From: Chiloscyllium plagiosum
Lineage: Eukaryota
Reading direction: 5' to 3'
DNA: 48,803 nucleotides
NCBI RefSeq assembly: GCF_004010195.1
Contig: NC_057744.1
Coordinates: 4,703,589-4,752,391, forward strand
The translations under genes and the position numbers were made by a program. Shown piece after piece: positions 1-11,214 of the stretch (within the stretch, counting starts at the first letter, position 1; every line of letters starts with the position of its first letter). The notes under the pieces were generated by a model. That model saw nothing but the letters and a program-made list of their open reading frames with translations. It was not told the origin of the DNA and made no database searches.

Positions 1-512
1 CAAATTTGAGGAAAGCAGCATAGGTTCATGAGGTCAATTCCTGGAATGGCGGGATTACCTTACACTGAAAGACTGGAGCGACTAGGCTTGTATACCCTTG
101 AGTTTAGAAGGCTGAGAGGGGATCTGATTGAGACATATCAGATTATTAAAGGATTAGACACTCTGGAGGCAGGAAACATATTTCCGCAGATGGGTGAGTG
201 CCGAACCAGAGGACACAGCTTAAAAATATGGGGTAGACCATTTAGGACAGAGATGAGGAGAAACTTCTTCACCCAGAGAGTGGTGGCTGTGTGGAATGCT
301 CTGCCCCAGAGGGCAGTGGAGGGCCAGTCTCTGGATTCATTTAAGAAAGAGTTGGATAGAGCTCTCAAGGATTGTGGAATGAAGGGTTATGGAAATATGG
401 CAGGAACAGGATACTGATTAAGGATGATCAGCCATGATCATATTGAATGGTGGTGCAGGCTCGAAGGGCAGAATGGCCTACTCCTGCACCTATTATCCAT
501 TGTCTATTGTCT
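1..512 (+). mobile_element. CR1 LINE 3' end (RT C-terminus and 3' UTR)
   Basis: ORF 28-417 carries RRLRGDLIETY, RTRGHSLK and NFFTQRVVAVWNALP; ends in a (ctattgt)n tail. Confidence 0.92.
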
Positions 513-515
513 ATT

Positions 516-715
516 ATCTCACCACACCTGTAATATCACCACCCCTGTAATATCACCACCCCTGTGATGCCACCACCCCTGTAATATCACCACACCTGTA
601 ATATCACCAACTCTGTAATGTCACCACCCTTGTATTATCACCACCCCTGTAATATTATCACCCCTCTAATATCACCACCCTTGTAATATCACCACCTCTG
701 TAATATCATGAACTC
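516..715. repeat. 17-bp minisatellite (cctgtaatatcaccacc), ~11-12 copies
   Basis: Tandem units directly visible. Confidence 0.9.
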
Positions 716-914
716 TGTGTTATCTGACCTCAATGCACCTGTCTAATGGCACGCTGATGCAGGAGTAAGCAAAAACAACCTTTGTTTAAAATAAAGCTTC
801 CTATGACACTTCGTAGAAACAACATAACACACAATATAACACTAAGTGACATAAGAAGATATTGGGTCAGATGATCAAAGGTTTGGTCAAAGTAATAAAG
901 GGTGAATTCACCAT

Positions 915-1080
915 AATCCCGCTCTGTCATTAGAGAGAGATGACTGGTGATAGTTTAACCTGAGGATCACTTTATCTCAGGTGAGAAGTTGAGAAGGGAA
1001 GTCCTTCGTGGTAACCTCGGCTACTGCAGGTTCTGAACCCACAGAACTATTGGCATTGCAAACTAGCAACTGAGCTAACT
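915..1080 (-). mobile_element. tRNA-derived SINE fragment (same family at 7636-7800 + and 10430-10620 -)
   Basis: Three mutually similar copies; the 7636 copy begins ggttggttagctcagttgg...gttcaattccc (A/B-box-like). Confidence 0.6.
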
Positions 1081-1141
1081 GAGGTTAGGTATTAGGGAGT
1101 GTCTTAAAGTAGGGAGAGAGATGTAGGAGGATAGTCTAGAG

Positions 1142-2360
1142 CAGGAGTGGGGAACCTGCAGCTTTAAGGCGGCATGCGGCTTTCTAGGCCATTTTGTGTG
1201 GCCTTTTGAATGAATCCAAATTTTGCAGAACAATCTTTTAATTTTTATTAATATGTTTTTTCGTCCTTTATTATTTTTATTTTAATCTTAAAATGAATGT
1301 ATTTAAAATACCAGAGAGTAAAAGGAAATTCAACGAAATAATCCTCACAGACTGGCCGCCACAATTAAAAAGTTGGTAAGTCATAAGGGCTATTACGACA
1401 CCTGCAGGGACAGGTGTTACCACAAATTTTATCTTTGCGAGAACAGATAATTAAATTTTATGAAGAATAGAGTCATCAGTGCGAATTAGTGAAAGAAGAT
1501 TTCTATAGAAGTGCTGCATTTCTGTGTGATATCATGTCAAAACAAAATGACTTGAATATTTCTTTGTAAGGTAAAACTAGGTCTATATACGATATGTGGC
1601 AAAAAATCCAAGCATTTCGAAAAAAGCTATCTTTTTTCAAAACTCTTCTTCTTCAAAAGGAAATTTTGGATGACCATTTTCCCCAGTTAGCAAAGGTCAT
1701 TGATGAACAGAAGGATTCTTGCAAATCATTTGAAGAATACGCAGCTGTTATAGACTTATTAATTGGAGAATACAATGAAAGGTTCTCTGACTTTGAAAAA
1801 CATGTCATCACACTCAAATTAGCATTTCAACCTCACCTAGTTGATGCCTCCAAGGCTCCTAAAGAACTACAGATGGAATTGATTGAGCTCTCAGAAGAAG
1901 ACATTTTAAAGTCCTTATTTGATGCTAAGAAAGATCTGATTGAAATATGGAAAAATGTAACTGAATACCCATGCCTTCGGCAACATGCACGAAAAATGCT
2001 TTCTTGCTTTTCGACCACTTATTGCTGCGAATCTACATTCTCCTACTTAACCAAAATCAAGACGCCCTTAAGATCACAAATGACGGATACCCATCTAGAG
2101 GATCAGCTAAAACTGCAGACCTCCATGCTGCAACCAAATATTCAAATGCTTTCCTGCAAAAGGCAGTCACAACAAAGTCATTAAAAGGTTAGTTAACCTT
2201 AGAATTAACAATTTTGTTCATATTTTTTGTTGGTTAGTACATAGTAGTTAGATTTTTACAAAATATTGTGAATATAAAATTGAAGTTTCTTGAATGTGGC
2301 CTTATTAGATTATAACTAACATAATGCGGCTTTCCAACATGAAAGGGATCCCCCCCTCTG
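1142..2360 (+). mobile_element. hAT (Charlie/Buster group) DNA transposon, internally deleted
   Basis: 8-bp TSD gtctagag at 1134-1141 and 2361-2368. Imperfect TIRs caggagtggggaacct / gggatcccccccctctg. Encodes a transposase C-terminus. Confidence 0.92.
1594..2184 (+). pseudogene. Truncated hAT transposase C-terminus (GTF2IRD2/EPM2AIP1-like, hATC dimerisation domain)
   Basis: 196-aa ORF with RFSDF, PKELQMELIEL, FSTTYCCESTFS and RSQMTDTHLEDQL; upstream reading frame broken by a stop (LNISL*GK). Confidence 0.85.
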
Positions 2361-2368
2361 GTCTAGAG

Positions 2369-2650
2369 CTTGGGACTGAGAGAATTGAAGAAATGGCAGC
2401 CAATGTTGGAACGATTAAAATCAGTGAAACTCAATCGACCAGAACTAGAGGACTGCCTACCACTCTACAACCTCCAACATTTTGGAGGTTGTAGAGTGGG
2501 AGGTGACCACACATATGAGAGGTTGTGTGACCATGAAGCAATTTGAAAGCAAGGTTGAGAATTTTAAAATCATGACATTACTTCACTGGGAGATAGCGTA
2601 AGTCAACGAGAGCAGAGGTAGTAGTTGAATAGAGCTTGGTGCCAATTAAG
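2369..2650 (-). mobile_element. Decayed L2 LINE remnant (continues at ~1085-1133; host of the hAT insertion)
   Basis: Resembles the reverse complement of the L2-type sequence at 29950-30420 (attttaaaattctc..ccttg..ttcaaat). Confidence 0.5.
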
Positions 2651-3759
2651 ACATGCCCAATAATACACGAACATTCCAGCACACTAAATACACATTAGCT
2701 AAATGTTGTACAAATTCATATATTTCCAGTTTGATATAACATTGTCACAAAGCCAGGCTGAAATTCAATGTTAGTTGACATGCAGAGGGTCCATTTTCTC
2801 ATTATGACCCACAAGCAGTTACATAATGCGTAGAGTGATGTGGGAGCATATATTACAGTGGCCTATGAAGACAAGGTCAATAAGGGAAGAGGTGAACTGA
2901 ATGCTAATGAAATATTTGAGAGTGCACCAGTCAAAAAGGGATGGTTCTGGGGCTATATGAAGTCAGATTTGCCAGGCCTGTGTGTGAGATTGGAAAGGTC
3001 AGTGCCAGTGTGCAGCTGCACCTGTCACTCTCAGGAAACTAATTTCACTTTTGTGCTTTGAAGTATAACTAGGCTGAACTATGATTTAAAAGGGATGACA
3101 CATTCCAGGATTCTGAATGGGTGTTATGTCCAGAGACTATCTCGTGACAGCAGTTCATCTCTTTCCATGGTGCTGATTTGTTCAGATTGAGAAAAGCAAT
3201 CTATTATCCTGCATGAAGTGTGCCAGAGGTTACACAAACATTAGTAACAATCAGGTCAACTGTCTATGATGTTGGTTGGGCATTAGTATTAGCCCAGGAA
3301 GCATTCCGAATCTTCCAAGTGGGATACATTCTTTTAAAACCACCTGAGAGAGTGTATTGGATCTCTATTTAACATCAGGTCTAAAAGCCAATGTAGAACT
3401 CTCTCAACACTGTCCTGGGGTTTCAGTTTAGATGATGTGTTTAGGTTTCTATGTGGGAATTAACTCCACAGTAACTCAGAGATAACAATGATAGCTGAGA
3501 GCTTGGTCCTGTAAAATTAACTAGGAGTACCCAATTTAGTTACTACTAACTTAATGAACAAATAAACCTAACCGACAGCTCACCAATTTAGTTGAAAACA
3601 ATTTAATGTGTTCAAAGTAGAACATATGCTGATTTTACAATACAGATCTTTCTTTCCAAATATCTCAATCCTTTATCCTTCTATCACAATCATCATATGT
3701 ACTGTCAATTTTCACTTTCCGTCATGTGATTTTAAAACCTGAGACCTTCATTAACGAAT

Positions 3760-4161
3760 GATGTGGAGGTGCTGGTGTTAGACTGGGGTAAAGAAAGTTC
3801 AAAATCACACAACACCAGGTTATAGTCCAGCAGGTTTACTTGGAAGTACTAGCTTTCAGAGCACTGCTCCTTCATCAAGTAACTACTGGGGTAGGATCAT
3901 AAGACACAGAATTTATAACAAAGGTCACAGTGTCATGCAATTAAAATGATATATTTATCAAACTCATGCAATTAAAACAACATATTAAACAGTATTGTTC
4001 AATATATTGTTTTAATTGCTTGACACTGTGATCTTTTGTATAAATTCTGTGTCTTATGGTCCGGTCCCATTAGTTATCTGATGAAAGAGCAGCATTATGA
4101 AAACTAGTGCTTCCAAATAAACCTGTTGGACTATAACCTGGTGGTGTGTGATTTTTAACTT
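3760..4161. mobile_element. Fold-back (palindromic) Penelope-like terminal-repeat element
   Basis: Arms of ~165 bp (3795-3957 vs 4000-4161) are reverse complements. Same sequence family as the ends of the GIY-YIG element at 22915-23985. Degenerate CTGATGA..GAAA cores in both arms. Confidence 0.8.
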
Positions 4162-4224
4162 CATTGAGGAAAATAGTTTTAAATAGAAATAAACATAGAC
4201 TCAGCATGACTACTATAGTGACCT

Positions 4225-4357
4225 AGGTGGAGGTGGGTACTGCAGATGCTGGAGATGAGAGTCAAGATTAGAGTGGTGCTGGAAAAGCACAGCAGGTCAG
4301 GCAGCATCCCAGGAGCAGGAAAATTGACGTTTCGGGCAAAAGCCCTTCATCAGGAAC
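4225..4357 (-). mobile_element. Short Penelope-like (Neptune-type) 3' module with hammerhead core
   Basis: Matches the 3' end of the element at 40767-42055. Confidence 0.8.
4326..4354 (-). ncRNA. Minimal hammerhead ribozyme core
   Basis: Reverse complement reads cCTGATGA-a-gggc-tttt-gccc-GAAAC-GTC. Confidence 0.75.
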
Positions 4358-4449
4358 CTGACCAATTTGAGCCAAGCTGAAACCAATGTAAGATAAAGAG
4401 AGAGAGAGACTGCACCAAAATTAATATTTTATCAAAGACATTGAAACTC

Positions 4450-5248
4450 AGTCATAGAGTCATAGAGTCATAGAGATGTACAGCATGGAAACAGATCCTT
4501 TGGTCTAACCTGTCCATGCCGACCAGATATCCCAACCCAACCTAGTCCCACTTGACAGCACTCGGCCCATATCCGTTCAAACCCTTCCTATTCATGTACC
4601 CATCCAAATGCCTCTTAAATGTTGCAATTGTACCAGCCTTCACCACTTCCTCTGGCAGCTCATTCCATACACGCACCACCCTCTGTGTGAAAAAGTTGAC
4701 CCTTAGGTCTCTTTTATATCTTTCCCCTCTCACCCTAAACCTATGCCCTCTAGTTCTGGANNNNNNNNNNNNNNNNNNNNNNNNNNNNNNNNNNNNNNNN
4801 NNNNNNNNNNNNNNNNNNNNNNNNNNNNNNNNNNNNNNNNNNNNNNNNNNNNNNNNNNNNNNNNNNNNNNNNNNNNNNNNNNNNNNNNNNNNNNNNNNNN
4901 NNNNNNNNNNNNNNNNNNNNNNNNNNNNNNNNNNNNNNNNNNNNNNNNNNNNNNNNNNNNNNNNNNNNNNNNNNNNNNNNNNNNNNNNNNNNNNNNNNNN
5001 NNNNNNNNNNNNNNNNNNNNNNNNNNNNNNNNNNNNNNNNNNNNNNNNNNNNNNNNNNNNNNNNNNNNNNNNNNNNNNNNNNNNNNNNNNAAAAGTAGAG
5101 GACCCAGCACCAATCCTTGTGGCACTCCACTGGTCACAGGCCTCCAGTCTGAAAAACAACCCTCCACCACCACCCTCTGTCTTCTACCTTTAAGCCAGTT
5201 CTGTATCCAAATGGCTAGTTCTCCCTGTATTCCATGAGACCTAACCTC
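4450..5248 (-). mobile_element. 5'-truncated CR1 LINE (spans an N-gap)
   Basis: SGVPQGLVLGPLL RT motif; NFFTQRVVRVWNELP; (gtcataga)n tail. Confidence 0.92.
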
Positions 5249-5434
5249 GGGCATGAAGAAACCGTATCTCTGATTTACACTATTCCGCAACTGTCACATC
5301 CTGTGATGAGAAAAGTCACCTGCTAATCATCCAACTTGATTAAAAAAAACTCCTGCTGGCAGACAGGGGAATACACAAGTGAACTGTATTTCAGGAAAAC
5401 AGCTTTGGACAGGAGAGAGAAAGAAAATGTATGT

Positions 5435-6435
5435 TCTGAAGATTGGCAGATGGAGTTTAATTTGTATAAATATGAGGTGTTGAATTTTGGTAAAGCAAAC
5501 AAGAGCAGGACTTATAGTGTTAATAGTAAGGCCCTAGGTAGAGTTGTCAACCAGAGAGAACTAAAGGGTCCAGTATATTGTTCTTTGAAAGTTGCATCAT
5601 AGGTAGAAAGGGTTGTTAAAAAGGTGTTTAGCACCTTCAATACTCAGGCCATTGGGTATAGGAGTTTTGACATCATGTTGAGTTTGCACAAGTCATTGGT
5701 GAGGTCAGTTTTGGAGTACTATGTGCAGTTCTGATTGCCCTTCCAATAGGAAGGATATCATTAAACTGAAGAGGGTTCAGAAAAGATTTACCAGGATGTT
5801 GCTGACACTAGAGTGCTTGAGTTATAAGGAGGTTGGATAAGTTGGGATGTCTTTCACTGTAACATAGGAGATTGAAGGATGACAGAGGTTTACATAACCA
5901 TGAGGGGCATAGGTAAGTTGAATCACAAAGGTCTTTTCCCTAAGGTGGGGGAGTTTAAAACTAGGGGGTTTATTTTGAAGGTGAGATGAGAAAGATTTAA
6001 AACAGACCTGAGGGCAGAGTTATAAGGAGGTTGGATAAGTTGGGATGTCTTTCACTGTAACATAGGAGATTGAAGGATGACAGAGGTTTACATAACCATG
6101 AGGGGCATAGTTAAGTTGAATCACAAAGGTCTTTTCCCTAAGGTGGGGGAGTTTAAAACTAGGGGTTTTATTTTTAAGGTGAGAGGAGAAAGATTTAAAA
6201 CAGACCTGAGGGCAGCGTTTTTGCACAGAACATGTTTTGTATGTGGAATGAACTGCTAGAGGAAATGGTAGATGCAGGTACACTTACAACATTTAAAAGA
6301 CATTTGGATAAGAACATAAATGGTAAAGGTTTAGAAGGATATAGACCAAACGCAGGCAGGTGGGACTAGTTTGGTTTGGAAAATTTGTTTGGCATAGATG
6401 AGTTGGACCGAAGTTTCCGTACCTTATGACTATAT
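5435..6435 (+). mobile_element. Decayed CR1 LINE 3' part with an internal 198-bp tandem duplication
   Basis: WQMEFN..KYEVLNFG and KTRGFIFKVRGERFK motifs; 5819-6016 repeated at 6017-6214. Confidence 0.88.
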
Positions 6436-6746
6436 TACTTTCTCTATCCCTGTTGCCTTCTCCTCATTTTGAAAGTTAGCTCAAGCGATGAAACAAATCA
6501 AATAAACCTCCATTTATCAAGAACTCAAGGATTCCCCACATTTTAATACTACCGAGGATACAGGCTATCTTTGAAACAGCTGTAGTCTCAAGTTTAACTA
6601 TAACAACTCCAGAACTCTTTAAGAACTTTTTAAGCTGAATACTCTTTCCCACCTATTAGATACTCTCCCCTTTTAAAAAATTTACCCGTGTTTGCATCTA
6701 TGTTTGATGTTGTGTTCTATTACTTTTTTCACGGTTGGCAGGTAAT

Positions 6747-7011
6747 AAATGAAACATTCCCTCACTCAATAAAACCTTGTAATTGGCTTCTCAATTTTGA
6801 CTAATGCTACATTTTGTTTGAGTTGTGATATTGCTGTAAAAGAAATATAAACATTTGTTGTGTCTGACTGGGTCAAATGAAACATTCCCTCACTCAATAA
6901 AACCTTGTAATTGGCTTCTCAATTTTGACTAATGCTACATTTTGTTTGAGTTGTGATATTGCTGCATGCAGTAAAAGAAATATAAACATTTGTTGTGTCT
7001 GACTGGGTCAA
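6747..7011. repeat. ~128-bp direct tandem duplication
   Basis: aaatgaaacattccctcactcaataaaacc...ctgactgggtcaaa occurs twice; the second copy has a 7-bp insertion. Confidence 0.9.
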
Positions 7012-9254
7012 AACGATGGAGTCCCTCCTTACCTGGTCATTATACCTCCCTATCTCTGGGATCTTCTCCAGCCTCAAGACCATCTATGTACTCTGCCAAT
7101 CCTCACCTCTTCCAACTTTTTTGCTGTATTGTATGCAGCTACAGCTTCAGCTAACCAGAGCCTTAACTCTGGAATTACCCCGCTAAATGTTTCAGCCTCT
7201 CTTTCCTCCTTTAATGCTTTCCCGAACCAATCTCATTGACCAAGTTTTGAGTCACTTGTCCTAATATCTCATTATGCATCTTGTTGTTAAATCTTGTCTG
7301 GTAATGCTCCTGTGAGGTTCCTTTAACTGATTGAAGGTGCAACATTAATGCAAGTTGTTGTTGCTGTTAGGGCAGGAGTCTACACATTCAATAGGTGTTC
7401 AATTTGAAAAGAGTCTGGACAATCCGAAACAAACAGAACATGTAACTGAAATTACAGCAACATTCCCAGGTACAGTGGGATTACTGCTCCAGCAAAATAT
7501 TATAAGTTCAGGGTAGCTACAGAATGCAAAATTCCATGGGTTATTCCATTAAGTGGTACTGTCTCTATGTGTGACTGATGGGGGGAAAATCACACAATTC
7601 ATTCCAAACTGGTCAGTATTTGTGGTGGATTATGGGGGTTGGTTAGCTCAGTTGGCTGGACAGCTGACTTGAGTTCAATTCCCACACCGGTTGAGGTCAC
7701 TATGAAAGGCTGTCCTTCTCACCTTCCCCTTTGTCTGAGGCATGGTATCCCTCAGGCTAAACTGCCACCAAGTTACTCTCTCTCCTGAGAGAGCAGTCCT
7801 TCAGCAACCTTACTCACTGTGGTGTAACAATGCACGGCTTGATTTAAATAATCAACACCTAAAGTGACTGAAATTATACTGTGTTTTTCTTTATTCATTT
7901 ATGGAGAGTGGGCATCATTGGCTGGCCCAGCATTTATTACCCATCCCTAACTGCCCAGATGGGTTTTTCTCCAACAATGATGTCATGGTCATCCAGATTT
8001 TTAATTTTAATGTTTGAATTCAAACTTCACCATCTGCCAAATTGGGATTCAAACCTGGATGCCCAAGACATTATCAGGTTTACTGGATTAATCATCTACA
8101 AATAATACTACCAGGCCAATGCCTTTCCATGCTACACCATGATGTAGTAGACTCACTCCTCGCTGTCAGCCGTGGATCCACATCCTGGCAAGGTCAGCCC
8201 AGACCCCATCTTTTCTTTTCACTTCTTGTTGAACTATCTTGTCTGAGCGCCCAGTCCTTTGTGATACACTGTTGAGTTATGTAGGAGCAGTATCCATTTT
8301 TTTTGTTACTTGTGGGAAATCTGTGCTCCTAATTCCCTACAGATGAGGAGGATTTTTTGTAACTGAGATGTCTATTAGCAGTCGGTCTCAGTCTCGGTGT
8401 TGGTCAATGTACTTGACTGTTACCCAAAACGTTCGTGGTTCAGGACCACCCAAGAACGAAGCTATCACCAACAGAGCTGTTATGATGCAGCAGCAGTGTC
8501 CCTACATCTGGTTCAGAAGAGCTGGGTTCAAGTCTTGCTTCCTCCAGAGGTATGTCATAACAGGTTAATTTTAAAAATGTCAACATAGCAGTCACCTGAA
8601 ATTCTTTTATTACTTGAATCTACCTGCACAGATACAGCATGAATCATCTGCAGGGCAGGTGAGACTTGTTCAAGTCTCACCTGCAGGAACACTGCCATTG
8701 CATCTCAAGACCCTTTTTAAAAAACACATTAGTCTTCAATCCATTTCTTTTAAAAAAGTTTCTAATCAATCTGGTCAGAGATGTTACAATATACCTTTGA
8801 GCATGTGGGACTTGAGCCCAGGCCTCCTGGCTTAGGGATAGGGACATTACCACAACACTACAATTGGGCCCCAGCAGAAGGCCTGCTTTTGCTTGACTAT
8901 TTTTGAAAGCACGCAGGTTGTTGATTTTAATTAATTGACACTTCCATTACTTATATCACATTTCACAAGTTACCATTCTTTTCAGTAACCTTCAGTTACC
9001 AGTGAAAGTAAGTATTTTAGTCCCTTTCTGAATATGGGATAGAGCCCATAGTCCGTCCTGCTTGGGATTATTCATTTTGCATTATTGTTAAATGTTTTTA
9101 TTCAAGTGAGACAATGCACTTAACAAATAAGGTTAAAAAAAACTAAATGAGATTTGTGTTTCTGTCAGACATGACTTAGAGAGTCCATTACACACGTCTA
9201 TATTTGTCCAGCATCTCCACTTTTTAACCTCAATGGAAGTTTTCAAAAATAACA

Positions 9255-10420
9255 GTAATAACTCAGGACAAAAATAATAGTCACTTGGATATGTGTGTAT
9301 TAATTAAGGAAGGTCAGCATGGATTTGTGAAAGATAAATAATTATGTTGGGGTAACATGATGAGAGTTTTTTGACGTGGTATTTGAGAGGGATGATAAAG
9401 GTAATGCGGTAGATATGATGTTTATGGATTTCCAAAAAACTGATACGAGTGCTACATAGCAACAACTCAGCAAATTTCAAAATAGCAATTCTGGCAGCAG
9501 GGTGGCTCAGTGGTTAGCACTGCTGCCTCACACTACCAGGGACCCAGGTTCAATTCCAGCCTTAGGTGACTGTCTGTGTTGAGTTTGCACATTCTCCCTG
9601 TGTCTGTGTGGGTTTTCTCCAGGTGCTCCGGTTTCCTCCCACAGTGCAAAGATGTGCAGGTTATGTGAATTGGTCATTCTAAATTGCCCACAGTGTTAGG
9701 TGCATTAGTCAGAGGGAAATGGGTCTGGAGGGTTGGTGTGGACTTGTTGGGCCGAAGGGCCTGTTTCCACACTGTAGGGAATCTAATCTAATCTAATCTA
9801 ATCTCAGCAACAGTTACAGCATGGATGCAAAGTTGGTTGAGTGGAATAGTGGAAGCAGGTTCAATTAAGTCATTCTGGAGGGTATTGGATAATTTAGATA
9901 GAAATGGTATTCAGGATGTGGGGAAAAGGCAGGAAATTAATACTAGGGAATAGAACCGGTGCAGACACAATGGGCTGAATGGCCTCCTTTGAACTGTAAC
10001 AAATCTGTCATTCTGATTGACAGGAAATAAGAGTATAGGTTGCTTTCAGTTTACTGTGGGGCTCCCCAGATACCAGCTCATACAGACTGCTTCTCTTGGT
10101 CAATACTAATGACTGGGACTGAGGTGTGCAGGGCGTTATTAGAATTTATAGATGACGCAGAAGTTGGAAGTATTGTGACTTGTGAGGAGGACAGTGATGG
10201 ATTGCAAAAGGATGTAGATAGACCTTTAGTGGAACGGACTGACAAACGGACAGTAATAAATCTGGGTAGGAGTAAGGAGGAGAGGAAATATAAAGGAAAA
10301 GGTGATGCAGAAATACAGTGATTTGGGGCACGTGCACAAACCATTGAAGGTATCAGAGTAAATTAAGAAAGTGTTTACAAGGACATTAATGACTCTGTGT
10401 CTTATATAAAGCAAAAGGTA
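9255..10420 (+). mobile_element. Fragmented old CR1 RT remnants interrupted by an HE1 SINE
   Basis: gtcagcatggatttgtg (QHGF), atggatttccaaaa (MDFQK), F.DD.EVGSIV..EEDS..LQKDVD motifs. Confidence 0.65.
9493..9803 (+). mobile_element. HE1-type elasmobranch SINE (tRNA head, V-domain, (atcta)n tail)
   Basis: gtggctcagtggttagcactgctgcctcac, ggttcaattcc, gagtttgcacattctcc and ctccggtttcctcccacag. Confidence 0.92.
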
Positions 10421-10629
10421 AAGTCTTCATAGTCTTACTAGACCATAGGGCTGCTCTCCCATTAGGAAGAGACAATTAGAGGTGATTTAAGCTGAGTCAT
10501 CATGCCTCAAGCAAGGGATGAAGGAGAGGCCATCATGGTAACCTCAGATGGTGTAGGAATTAAATTCATGTTGATGGAATCACTCTGCATTACAAACCAG
10601 CTGATAAGTCAACTGAGTGAAAGCAATTT

Positions 10630-10842
10630 ATACACACGTGAGGTTCTCGATTTATGAATGTCTGATTTACAAGCACGAGGAGTAACAAATGCCATCCCAT
10701 GAAGGATTGTTATTTTAAAGATCCAAACATTACTGATGAACAGCTCATTTATATTGTCCGCCATTGTGTTCCGACTTGCGTACAAATTGAATTGTGAACA
10801 GACTCAAGGTCAAAGCCTGCTCACAACTCGAACACTCCCTGT
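10630..10842. mobile_element. Possible Tigger/pogo-type MITE, decayed
   Basis: Ends resemble Tigger-like termini (..gttctcgatttatgaa / ttccgacttgcgtacaaatt...ctcacaactcgaacactccctgt); recognised from memory only. Confidence 0.4.
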
Positions 10843-11214
10843 GGAGGCATGGACCTTGGAAGCAGGGAATTACTTATGAACCTTTGTAAAACCTTGGTTT
10901 GGCTTTATCTTTGCACTGTGCTTTTGAGAAAACGTGTAGGATTTAAAGAAGCTGCTGAAAAGATTCAGAGGGACAGTTCCAAGAGCAAGGCATTTCAGTT
11001 ACTGCGCAAATTGAAGAGCTGAAGTTATTCTCCTTACAGAAGACAATGATTGAAGGAGATTGGTAACAGTTTCCAAGATCAAGAGAGCTCTGGACAGAAT
11101 ACATATGGAGAAGCCCTTCCAATTGATGGAAGCAGAGGATACAGATTTAAGGTGATCAGAAAATGTGGAAACTGAATCAAAGACAACATGAGAAAAGTTA
11201 CTTTTATGCAGTGA

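Noticed and set aside
516-715. CRISPR-like regular repeat
   Set aside because: Contiguous 17-bp units with no unique spacers and no cas genes in a vertebrate context; an ordinary minisatellite.
1594-2184. Domesticated GTF2IRD2/EPM2AIP1-like host gene
   Set aside because: Lies within TIRs and a TSD, lacks the N-terminal part and has an upstream in-frame stop; a transposon remnant.
4542-5290. Long ORFs across the N-gap (likewise 24208-24815)
   Set aside because: Their length is an artefact of Ns; flanks are CR1 or low-complexity sequence.
5336-5602. Duplicated 88-aa 'gene' (twin at 13457-13723)
   Set aside because: TTG start; chimera of flank and CR1 RT fragment; its duplication is explained by the inverted copy.
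9493-9565. tRNA gene
   Set aside because: tRNA-like head of an HE1 SINE running into the V-domain and tail.
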